Below are positions 39,929-51,425 of a DNA stretch of 64,000 nucleotides, piece by piece. Position numbers and translations under genes: made by a program. The DNA lies in the NCBI GenBank assembly GCA_002189035.1, contig NEEC01000010.1, positions 1 to 64,000 of the forward strand, read 5' to 3'. Positions within the stretch are counted from its first letter, which is position 1, and each line of letters starts with the position of its first letter. The notes below the pieces were generated by a model. It had not been told where the DNA came from, made no database searches, and worked only from the letters and a program-made list of their open reading frames with translations. This DNA comes from Utricularia gibba. Taxonomy: Eukaryota > Plantae > Magnoliophyta.

Positions 39929-41428
39929 CCTTGAGCTTTTGAGTTATCTTGATTACTTTTCAGGAAAATCTGAACTTTCCGACATTGTTTTTCTGAGTAT
40001 GAAAATGTCTGAGACACAATTGATTTCTTTTATTATTCATGCCCCATTACTAGAGTTAAAAACCCTACTTGAGCATTTAAAGTCTTGTTGACAATGAGAC
40101 TTTACCTGTTATTGTCTCTAGTACACTAATCCTTGAATAGGAGAAAAAACTCTAGAGTGTGCTTCAGAAGCACAAACAGGCAACAAAGCCAATTCGCCAG
40201 TCTCAAAGGAGATTGAACCATCCAATGATTGAAGTGGTCAAAAAGGATATTCTTAGGTTGTTGATGGTATGTATAATCTATCCTATTTCGAATAGTAAAT
40301 GGGCTAGCCCTGTGTAGGTTGTCCGAAGGAAAACATGGATCACAGGTATGGCCAATGACTAGGGGTAAATTCTTCCTAAAAGAGTGCATAAAGTTGAACA
40401 CAGCCACCAAGAAGGATCACTACCCACTTCCATTCTTTGACCAGATGCTAGAAATACTTGTTGTAAGGAGCCACTACTGTTGCTTGTATGGTTACTCCAG
40501 TTTCCATCAAATACCCATGACCCTTGAAGACCAAGCAAATGTTGTTTTTGTTTGTCCTTTTGGTACTTTTGCTTACCATAAAATGCCTTTTGGATTGTGC
40601 AATGCACAAGCAACATTTCAACACTATGGGGTTAGTATTTTTTCAGAATATGTTGAAAACATTATTGAGGTTTTTATGGATGACTTCACGGTTTGTGGAA
40701 ACAGTTTTGATGAATATCTTGATAACTTGTCACTACTTTTGAATTGATGTATTGAGACTAACCTTATTTAGAATTATTAGAACAAAGGTATCATTTTAGG
40801 ACATTTTTCTACCAAAGGGGAATTGAGTTTGATAAGACGAAGATTGAGGTAATCCAAAAATTACCTTACCCCATTCTTGTGAGAGGTGTACATTTTTTCC
40901 TTGGACATGTTGGACTTTACTGTAGATTTATTCAGGATTTTTTGAAAATTTCATCTCCTTTGTATACTTTATTGCATAAGGATGTTGAGTTTCATTTTGA
41001 TAGAGATTGCAAAAAAGATTTTGATGTTTTGAAAGAAAGGCTTGTCTCACCTTCCATTATTCATGCTCTAAATTGGAGTCTACTATTTGAACTAATGTGT
41101 GATGCAAGTGATGTAGCTCTAAGTACAGTTTTGGGACAAAAGGTGCAGAAGAAATCTCATGTTATCCACTATGTATCCAAGTGCCTTGATGATGCCCAAA
41201 AGAGCTACACCACAACAGAAATGTTGGAGATTGTGTTTGCCTTGGAGAAATTTAGATCTTATTTCTAGGAGCAAAAGTTATAGTCTAAATCAAAAGCCCG
41301 AGAGCTCGTAACCGATAACGAAACCCAGTTTGCTGAAGGAAAGATTGATGCTTTTCAAGACAAGTTTTAGTCAAGCACAACTTCACTTCGGTTTATCATT
41401 CTTAGAGCAATGGCCTCACAGAGGTAAC

Positions 41429-42600
41429 TGATAAATGAAAAATTATGCAATGTCGTTAAATGCAAATTTCACCTATCAAATAAATTTATAACCTAATATA
41501 CCTTCAAGCATAAACCAATTATGAGCATAGTGATTAGGGTCGAACACGAAGAGCAGGTGCTTGCTATGTGAGTGTTAATGCATGTAATCAGTATCACGTT
41601 GGTAAAATTGGTCTTAGCTAGGAATAAAACAGAACTACGATGGAATGCAGTAAGGAAAAGTAACAAGTTTTGGGCTTCGGTAGTTTCTGGGATGGAATGG
41701 ATGATGCCTTGGGACTCCTAGGGTATGTATGCCTATCACTAAACAAGCTCACATAAATCAAAAATCATACAACTAACTCACAAGATCTAAGTCTACCCGG
41801 ATTCTTGTTTTTCCCCCTAATCTTTGGTCTACCTCTAATTAGGGTTGTTAGTTGGGTTTCACTACCTCCCCTCCTGGATCTATACTAGTTTGCTAAGGAA
41901 GTAGTGTGACTTATGATTTATTAGGTCTAAGAATGGATTAGCATATTTCTCCCCTCTTCACCTCAAGGCACCCCCTCTAAGTGCTTAGGTACTCATGGTA
42001 ATGGAAAGTAAAACATCTTCATAGCAAATACTAAGCAATATCTTGGCTATAAATGCTAAAAAACAACGAGAAATATGAAGTAAAAGTAGGACAGACACTT
42101 CGTTCACACAGGAAATCCAAATCTAGTCTCAACTAGGAAGAGTAAACATGAAGAACGAAAATAATTTCTCAAGAGAAGCTGTGTTCTTCTGGTTCGTCGT
42201 CCCCTCCTTCTTTCTCTAGAAAAATCACTAGAAACTTGTTCATGAGTCTACAAGGGGAGATCTGCCTTCTCTCTCATCCTTCCTCCCTTTTTGTCCAAAA
42301 TCTCCCTTTTTCCTCCTTGGATTTTGTGTGTACCACTTTTCAGACATTTGGACTCATCTTCTGCCACTACAAAGTGCATATTCGGCTCCTTGGGATTCGT
42401 GTTGCGACCTGCATTGCATTGCTCGAGTAAAAATATTAGAAGGTTGAGACTAAATCGTAGATTTAGTCCCAACTAAGACTAAAATAACACAATTGCAGTA
42501 CTTATGCGCAAAAATATAAAACTAGGTAGTAAAACTAAATTTTTGTAGCACAATATGAATCTTTTCCATGCACTCAATCACTTAAAAATTTGTGTTATCA
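41429..42600 (-). mobile_element. Solo LTR (family B) in the Tat integrase
   Basis: TGATAAATG...GTGTTATCA with a perfect TSD, GTAAC (41424-41428 and 42601-42605). Removing it restores GLTEVTNRTL. Confidence 0.92.
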
Positions 42601-42731
42601 GTAACAAACCGAACGCTCAGACAATGTATGAAAACCAAACTTGATGATTTTGGAGGGTCATGGGCGGATCGGTTGGATGAGGTGCTATGGTCATACCAAA
42701 CCACCCCTCAAAACACTACGGAAGAATCCTC

Positions 42732-43904
42732 TGTTGGGTTTCTCGTAGACATCATATGTCTCAAAAGCAGTGGAATTTTAAAATTTTGAGAAACCCCCAA
42801 CGCATATCTTGGAATACGGTATACATTAGACAAAGGGATTATGAAATACCTTTCAGATGACTCCGTTGTTCACGAACCGCCAATAGCAAACAGCCTCTAT
42901 GGTATCCACACATGGAGCACTCCATCGATAACCTTCTTAAGGCTCTTGAATGCTGGTCGAATTTCTGAGGTGCTAGTAGAGAAAAATGCCTCCTTGTGGA
43001 TCAGTCTCAGAGAGCACGAAGACCTTGGAGCAGATCTAAAGATCTAAATCTTTTTGATAGATATATTGTGACATATCAAATCATATCTATATGAGATCTT
43101 TTATTTTGAGTTTAATCAATATTAATCTCAAAATAATTCTCTATTTAATTTATCCACTTTACCAATTACATCTCATGTACGATGAGATCATATCTCAAGT
43201 AATTGCATCAAAACCTAACAGTAAGTCCTGGGCCCAGGGTAATGACACTCAAATTGTTTGAGTAGGTCATTGAGTGTTAGTGCTTGAATGCAATTATAAG
43301 TTCGATACATCTGAAAGACACACACCTATGTTCTGGTACCGAATGAGATATAAGCATGATGAAAGCTGTTCATTGCATGGTGGCTGGTCATGGAAAGGCT
43401 CAATCAGTTCACCTGATTATTCTTTAATCTTGGTGAGCTTAAGATCAAGATAACTTTGTTGACCTCAAGTCTAAGCTTACTTGCACGGCTGTCATATTCG
43501 AGATCTTGCTAATGACACTTGGTTAGCATCCCATAGTAGCATCTCGAAGATGAGCCATCCAGTGAATCGATTCTCTAATCAACACCCACACATAGGTTCT
43601 AGTAATCTCATTACATCAATTGTGAGAACCATTGCCTAAACTATTTAGGGAACTCAATGTGTGCTAGCTTATCCGTATTTGTGATATCCTCATTTCACAA
43701 ATACTCTAATACTCTAGCTAGGGAGATTTAACTTGATCATGAGTGCTTCAAGAATTTTACATTATGATCTCATCATAATTTCTATAGCACATAGATCAAT
43801 TAGCGGATTTTATCAATGATGTAAACTTGATCACAATTCAAGGTAAACATTAAAGGATAAGATTTGCCAATGAGTTGATTGTCTCTAGAACACATACACC
43901 AACA
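42732..43904 (-). mobile_element. Solo LTR (Angela-like copia, 1173 bp) in the Tat integrase
   Basis: TGTTGGG...CCAACA with a 4/5 TSD, TCCTC/TCCCC. Removing it restores EES-PFLLVYGSEA. Confidence 0.92.
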
Positions 43905-45451
43905 TCCCCCTTCTTATTGGTTTATGGATCGGAAGCAATATACCCAATCGAATTAACGCTGAAGAGCTACATTGGAGTTGGAGTTGTTGGAGGAAAAAAG
44001 ACAGAGTATTTATAGACGACTAGGGGCTTACCAGAGGAGAACTGAAAAAAATTACTACAAGCCGGTATCCTCAAGGGAATTCTCAGAAGGAGACTTGGTG
44101 CTCTGATGCATTCAGCCACAAAGACATGTGGGAAGGCCCTTATCGGATCTCAAGGGTAATCGGAAAAGGAGCTTATCACCTAGAACAGCTAGATGGCATG
44201 GAATTTCCAAGATCCTGGAATGCCACACATCTAAGGAGATTCTACGTCTAATCGGCTTAATGTCAATCCCTATCACAGGTTCTTGCAGGTTCTGGTATTC
44301 TCTCCGTCAAAACACCCAAGTAGCTATAAATTCCTCTTAAGTGGAGATGAATTGAAAAAATCCTAAGCTCTGGCTAAGTGACGTAAGCCCAGGCAAAACC
44401 TTCTAAGTCTAAATCGAAAGCCCTTGCAGTGTCACGTAAGCGCAGGCAAACCTTCTAAGTCTGCATCCCCTGATGGGCACAGCAAACCAACTGAGGGCTT
44501 CCCCCGAATTATATGTTCCTACAAACCTAGGCCCCAATAATAAGGATAAGCCCTGGTACAACTCGGGCACCGGTTCCCCTAAATCGTTCACGTAAAGCCC
44601 TTAAGTACAAACCTTACTGCTTAATCTCTAGACGGCAAGAGCACCAAAAGCAAATCCACCCCTATTTAAAATAATGGGGTTTTGGCCAGAAGAGGGCCCA
44701 ATCGGAATGGGGAAGTTGTTCAGCCCAAGAGAGGTTCCGATCTACTTCCCTAGTAGTGGTTCGGCTCGCGTAAGGAAAGACTAAGGCAAGTAAAAATCAA
44801 AAAGCCCAACCAAATGGTTGGCAAAAAGACGCATGACTTCCGAGTCACGCGAGCCCACACAAACCCTCTAAATCTAAGCTCCGCGATGGGTATAGCGAAC
44901 CGACTTGGGACTCCCCCCAAAGCATGTGGTTTCCAAAACCCAGGCACTAATAACAAGGGCAAGCCCTAGTACAACTCGGGGACCGGTTCCCCTAAACCAT
45001 TAACATAAGCCCCGAAAAAAGCCTTAAGCAGAATTCTTGATGCCGAGTTTCAAAACGGCAGATAAACTCAAAGCAGATCCGACTATATCCCAAAAACATA
45101 GATCTGGACAGGAAAGGGCTTTTTTGGATCGGATATGTAACTCATCCTAAGAGAGGTTCCGAGTTACGTCCTTAGCAGCAATCGCACACAAGCAAGAAAA
45201 CGCTTAGGCGGAAAGCCCAACCAAACGGTTGGAAAAAACACACAACCTTCAAAACAGTTAATCAAGTAGATACGAAGGGAGAAAGTGCTCCCAAAAAAAA
45301 AATAAAACCAAGTACCCAAACCGGGGAATTACAAGCCGTTTAAACCCCAAATCGGGGACAAAAATATCAATTTCGAAAACTAAAGTTCACAAGGAAGAGG
45401 TGGATCAGTAGGAGGACCGAGAGAAGGGCCAACATGCCCCTCTAGCCTCGT

Positions 45452-47400
45452 TCACAACTTGGCTGCATTTTCACGTTGGATCCTTGCCCGAATCAATGCT
45501 ATTAGACGCTCCCGATCCTCCTCAAATCCGAATTCCAGAGCTTGATATACGTCCACGATAACGTCCAGCATATTCTCGTCCTTCCTCAAGGGATCGACCA
45601 TGTCAAAGTGTGGATTCGTGATCGAGAGGCCGAATTTCCGACTGAATTGGTGTCTTTGCTGATAGAGGAGCAAGCCAATCAGATCTCCTGCGTAGATATC
45701 AGATAGCTCCAACGCACACCGAGTTGCCGAAATTCTCTAGAAGCACCCACCGAGATGCTTCATGATTAAGTAACTCGGCCTCCAATGCTGCGATGCGATC
45801 TTTGGCCTCGTTTAATTCAGCCTCCACCTCCTCAAACCTTACTCGGAAGCCTTCTCTTTCCGATTTAGCGTCGTCAACCGCTTTCCCCATTTCTTCAACT
45901 ATGTTTTGCAACTCTTCCTCTTGGTGATCACGCTTTCCAAGAATGCTCCTCAGTGAACTTCCTTCCTCCGTCAGCAGCTTTATTTTGGAATCTTGAGCCT
46001 CAACATGTTTTTGAAGCCGAAGAACCTCCTCAAGTTGGGAACCGATCTTCTTGGCCATTCCCCACCCGAAAGTTAAGGCCTGGAGAAGGATTATTAAGTT
46101 AAGAGTTGGCTATACATAATGCCGAGAAGGAAGAATATAAATACCTGCCAGATCCCCTTAAGCACCATTTCCGACTGATTCGGCACAGAATCCTCTAGTA
46201 TTCTCCTTAATTCGGTTGGAACCGAAGATGAAGGGAACGCCGAATTGCCCCTTACCTCTATCGGAGCAAGGCCCCTCCCTGCCTCATTTGGGGGAGCCAA
46301 TGTAGAAGCGCCTGCCGAATGGAGCCTCGCACCGAGAACCGGGGCTTCATTAGGATCAAGCGAAGGAGATAGCTTTTCCTTTTCCTTTCCGACTGTGGGA
46401 GGAGCAGTCGGCTCCCGAGTCTCGGAAACCTCAACATCCTGATTCTCTCCTGAACGAAGATCGCCAGCATCAGAGTGAACCTCCAGGGATCCAACCTAGA
46501 AGGGGAAGTAGCAAAGTAAACATCGGGAAATCTATATTTACAGATAACAGAAAATAGACCTGTACAGAAGGTGCCGCCTCGGGCTCCTACATCCTCTACA
46601 TCTCGGCAGAGAAGCGGGCCATGACCGAGTCTTCCAGAGCACTTCTCCGGGCCATCTCTTCAGCTGCAGTCAAAAATCGAGGAAGCAGTTACGATACATT
46701 GCAGATGTTGAAACTTGGGGAAGTAGAATCTAACTACCTCTTTTTTTTTAGAGGATCTATGGGCAAGCGTCTTCACCCTCTTCTCTTTCTTGGTGGCAGC
46801 GGTTTGAGCAGTTGAGGGACGAAGCTGGAATAAGGGGAAGATTCGGAGAAGGACTACAAGGAGGATTTTGTGAATCAGTGCCTTCAGAAGGTACGATATT
46901 GGGCAAGTGGGAGTTGTGAGAACGATTGATAATACCTGACTGATGAACGTTAAGAATGATGTTGCTAAATGTCACGGTCTAGCACATTCAACGCATCAAA
47001 AGAAATTTATAAACCTAGCTATTCTACTACACAAATGAGATCGGCCATCCATAGGGGACTTTGCTTTAAGAACCGCTATCTTGAAAAGGTGAAGAAAAAC
47101 TACCAAAGTCATAGCCGGATCCATACCAGCCAAAAAAAACAAAAAGGTAGTGAAACAAAAGATAGAATTCGGGGCGAGGTAGTAAAGTGGGATGGCAAAA
47201 GTGTGAAGAAATTGGACTATCAAAGGGTGGAGGGGGGAGCGTAAACTGCTTTCAAAATAAGCGAGAGGAATCGGTAGGCTGAAAGGGGAAGGGGGCTTTC
47301 ACCTATCCCCCAAGGGATTTCAGTATCCTGGGCATGAGAAACGATGTACTCCTCGAGAATTGAGTACCGAATACGAAGAGAAGCGATGTTTAAGTAGTTG
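45452..47400 (-). pseudogene. Antisense extra ORF of the Tat/Retand element (Transposase_28-like N-terminus + coiled coil), fragmented
   Basis: IVQFLHTFAIPLYYLAPNSIFCFTTFLF at ~47000-47220 resembles the FL..F.I.L..LTPNSI gypsy antisense domain. Heptad-rich EEVLRLQKHVEAQ...LEAELL at 45699-46058. Broken by frameshifts. Confidence 0.7.
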
Positions 47401-50400
47401 GATCTCCTACCCATTTTCAGAAAAAGGAAAGAGGAACCTAACCCAGGAGCCAAGCAAAGCCAAGAATGAGAGAAGAAGTTAGAAGGAGAGAAGGGAGTCT
47501 GGAAGAACCTTAAAGAATCGAATGGAAAAGATGAAAAAACGACTAATACCTGAAAGATTTGCAGTTTCCGACGAGTTTTACGGTGGCGTAGGTGGGGGAT
47601 GAACACGAGGGAGCACAGGTAGTGCGGAAATCAAGTGAACAAAGGGAGCAAAGGGAAGAAATGATGGGAGAAGCACGCATTTACAGAGGAGGTATTCGGG
47701 AGACGAAATGGCACGTTGTTTGGGGTGCCTAGAAGGAGCGGGAAAACGAATTGTGGCGTGGAGGTCGACATAAAATGGGTGGAGATTCACTCACGGGAAA
47801 GCGGCATGCCCGAAATCGGTATAGTAGTAATTCTGATCCACCGACTTGCCCCAAAAGGGCCAATATCGATAAATCAGAGGGGCTGAATGATAGGGTACAA
47901 ATCGAATGAGTATAATCGGCCTCTAAAAAGCTGCCAAAAGGTGCTCTTATGGGATAGCACAAAACAATAGACCGATAATTGTCAGAATCTATCAGCAGCA
48001 GCTGTTTTGCGTAGTTTTAAAAGTGATCGAATTACAGCAGAGCAGATGGCGGTTTTCTGAAAAGTAGGATTACAGCATAGGCGCAGAAAGCGACCAACAA
48101 TCATAGAAATCAGGATTCGGTCAAATCGACCTCATCTATAAGTAGGAGAAGTCCTGAAAGGAAAAGGGTTCAACTCTAAGCCCTGCAACCTGTATTTTTC
48201 CCCACGCCCGTCTAGCAAAGGTATTTTCTGGTGAGTTCCGTTAGTTCCGTGGTTTTTTCGTTCTCCAACGATTTCCACGTAAAAAATCTTTGTCCTTCTT
48301 TGTTTTCGTTAAACGCACTAAGCATAAAACCCATACCTGAGTTCGACGCCTCTGGGCGAACTCCACAACACGAAAATCGGTTCCGACCCCAGTGCTAATT
48401 TTCGCCCTTAACAATGTCAAAACCTAATTGGTTATTAGCATATCTATGTGTGGTACTTGTTCTTGCTCCCTATTTTCTGAGTTATTGTCCCTTTATTTAT
48501 TTATAATTCAGGTGCTAAAAATGAGGTGTCCACATCTAGGAATTTAGGGTAATACTGTCAGATTTTTTTTTCAAAATTCTTTATCAAAATAATTGGGATT
48601 TTTTTTATTGTGAAAATATCTGTTATTTTAAAATTAATATTTTAAAATAACAGATATTTTCCTTATTTTTTTGTTTTGATGAAATTATTTTTTAATATAT
48701 ATTTTATTTTGAAATATTTCTTTCATATTTTTAATTAAATATTTTAATTCTATCTCCGTTACATATTTTCAGTTAAATATATTATTTAAAAATAAAATTT
48801 TTTCACACCTATAAATATCATTTAAATTTCATTATAAACTAAATATACCTTTAAATGATTATGTTTATAGAATACTATTTCCTTTTATAAATATACCTAA
48901 TATTGAGATTGGGGGAAACAAAATAAATCAACTTATGTAATAGAGTCTACTACCACACTATTGGAGAGACTAGATGAAGTTTTCTTTCACTTTTTTCTTA
49001 ACTCGTTTAAGTAAAAAAATCAGAAAGTTTTTTCTGGCTTCTAAACTTGTTCTAATTTACTAAATCATTATTTTCTTATTCCGAATGTCTAATTACCCAA
49101 CAATACAAAAATCATAAAATCAATGCTTATAATGTGCAAGTGCATTTACAGATTTTTGAAATTCAATTATATTCATATTTGAAAAAAACATTTATTTATT
49201 AAAATCGCATTTAATGCCTAGTAAAATAAAACATCATAATCAATGATGGTGCAAATGGAAAAAATAAGAGCTAACTCGGGGAACAATAAATAAAGCCAAA
49301 TAATTCAATTTAAAAAAATACAAATAGTTAATAAAAAGGAATTTATGTAAAAAAATGAACAAATACAAGTATTTTAACAAAAATACAAGATAAAGCAGGT
49401 GATTTGATTAAAAATTCTACTCACACAGATATTTTAATAAAATAATCGTCCCATAATCACTTTTCTAATTAAATCAGTTAATTCTACAGATTCGATAGTT
49501 AATTAAATTATAATTAATGTATGAGGACGGGAATCATAATCAAATGTATGACATGGGATTTTATTATTAAATTCCTTTGTATTTTTCATATTTTATAGTT
49601 GAGCAGTACAAATATAGTCCAAATAAATCAAATCAGTCTGAGAAATTTCCAGAAAAGAAGTGTGTGCCTAGCAAAAATGGGACGCTTGACTGGAACCGAG
49701 CACTAGACAGACACTCAATCAGTACTGAACGTTGGAGGGTCATTCGGTTGTCCGAATGAAGCTCAATTGTCAATCAATCTCTTGATCGATTGAAGGTCAC
49801 TTGGTAGGTAGGAAATCGCTCAATCAGTATTGAGCGAATGGTTGGGTAGAACACACCCAATCAATATGAGATGATGCACAATGCATCGATCGATTGGGCA
49901 ACGCTTACAATGGTTAATGCAATGTCGGTTCAGAGCGTGTTGAGTGTTACCAAGTGTGGGGGAGGTAGAAAGACATACAGAGAGATGCATTCTGATGGGC
50001 CTAACTAATTGGCCCAATTTAATTTCATCTTTTTGGAATATTATTCGTAATGGACAGTGAAAAATGTTGGAAGGAATTTAGAAGGAAAATTCTCCAAATT
50101 CTTTTCAAAAGTCTTTTCGTAATAAAGTGGAGTTTTATAGAGATTTGATCTACCAAATGACTTAAATGCTTATGCACCTCTTTTTTTTTTCTTTTTTCTT
50201 TTTTTTATTTGGCTTCGCTTAACGTGGTATTTGGTTGCTGTCTTCTTCAAGTTTGTTTATCTTTCGAAGCGGTTGATGTCGTTTTGGTAATCTATTTTAG
50301 AGGAGTCCACCGATCTTTCCCAAAAATATCTCCAGGATTTTTTTATAGCCCTCAAAATGTTGGCCATGCATACCCTAAACCATGCACATGATGATCTTTG

Positions 50401-51425
50401 CTTGTAGTAGGATCAGATAGATCATTTTACTAAAAAAATATTTTTGATGTATTTTTGTATATGTACTGTTGGTAATTTTTTGTTTTAGAAAAGTGTACAT
50501 TTTGTTATAAGTTTGTTTTCTTTATATATATGATGAATGTTTTTGTATGGTTTAAGTATTTATATCTCAAACATAAAAACAATGTGTGGGTAATTAGCAT
50601 ATTTATGTCGAGGGAAGTTGACTAGAGCTCCAAGTTGTAAAGAATCTATCAGGGTTGACAAACAATAAAGGAGATTAAATAATGTAGTGCGAGTCCGTAT
50701 TTGGTGGAATCGAAATGAATTTAATTTCTTATGAGAAGCAATAAAGATCAACGGCGAAACATGACATTTTCCCACCCTTGATTTACCGTAACAATTTGTC
50801 CTTGTGTTCCTACAATTCATTCTTAATTATGCAGCATGATGATTTTCTGCTCCTTCCCTTCCTGAAGTAGTTGACTAAAATAATAGGGCATATGAACTGA
50901 AATATTCGCATGCTTAAATAATGATAATGCTCACCAAATGCATTAAGAAAAAGGAATCAATTGCTTGCCTCGACTCTAAACAGTAGAGAAATCTAACTTT
51001 TAGTCGTAATTTGTATTCCTAATTTGGATTTGGTGTGCGAGCCACTGATTTATGGGAAATTAAGATGGGTTGCTTCTTATGAAATCACATAAGAAAGAGT
51101 ATGACTAGCTTGTTTGTATGCTTTCCCCTTCATCTAGGGCGAATCGTATGAGAGCGAGTTAATTGTAGTCTATAGGATTTTGATGACTAAAGTGAAAGCA
51201 TCGTGAAGTCGTAATCATCTCTTCGTCATTTTTATTTATTCAAACTTTCTCCTTGTCATAAGTCAAAATCAATTTCCCTCAACTCAAGGGAATAACTGAG
51301 GAGCGTGGCTATGATATGATTTTCAAGAGTTCTCATTCGAGTAGGTTTCAAGTGAAGTTATGTGTAATGTTAATGAGTTTAATTTAAATGCTAAATAGCA
51401 TTCAAACCTGCTCTTGGCAGCCACA

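Larger units (their letters stand above)
29340..41290 (+). mobile_element. Degenerate Ty3/gypsy Athila-type gag-pol, interrupted by a MULE and a solo LTR
   Basis: gag QVKLLVFPFSLTEQALEWLFGLPPSSTATWEQM lies at ~29580. KVNVNILLLHLIDQVSKYAK breaks at 30982 and resumes YAKMLKDL at 38217. Protease region at 38300-38700. RT KDHYPLPFFDQML / MPFGLCNAQATFQ / VFMDDF at 40400-40740. RNase H ELMCDASDVAL / YTTTEMLEIVFALEKFRSY to ~41270. Many stops and frameshifts. Confidence 0.88.
41295..48534 (+). mobile_element. 3' half of a Ty3/gypsy Tat/Retand-type element: integrase, long 3' region, putative 3' LTR ~47888-48534
   Basis: Integrase reads ELVTDNETQF / SNGLTEVTNRTL / WADRLDEVLWSYQTTP / PFLLVYGSEA / WEGPYRI / PRSWNATHLRRFYV* (stop 44249-44251). 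Internal duplications at 44380-45240. The LTR-like end AAAATGAGGTGTCCACA is at 48534. LTR start is approximate. Confidence 0.82.

Noticed and set aside
43905-43918. Purine tract on the minus strand next to the LTR at 43904, resembling a PPT
   Set aside because: It is Tat integrase coding sequence (S-P-F-L-L) plus the TSD, so the LTR is solo and not a 3' LTR.
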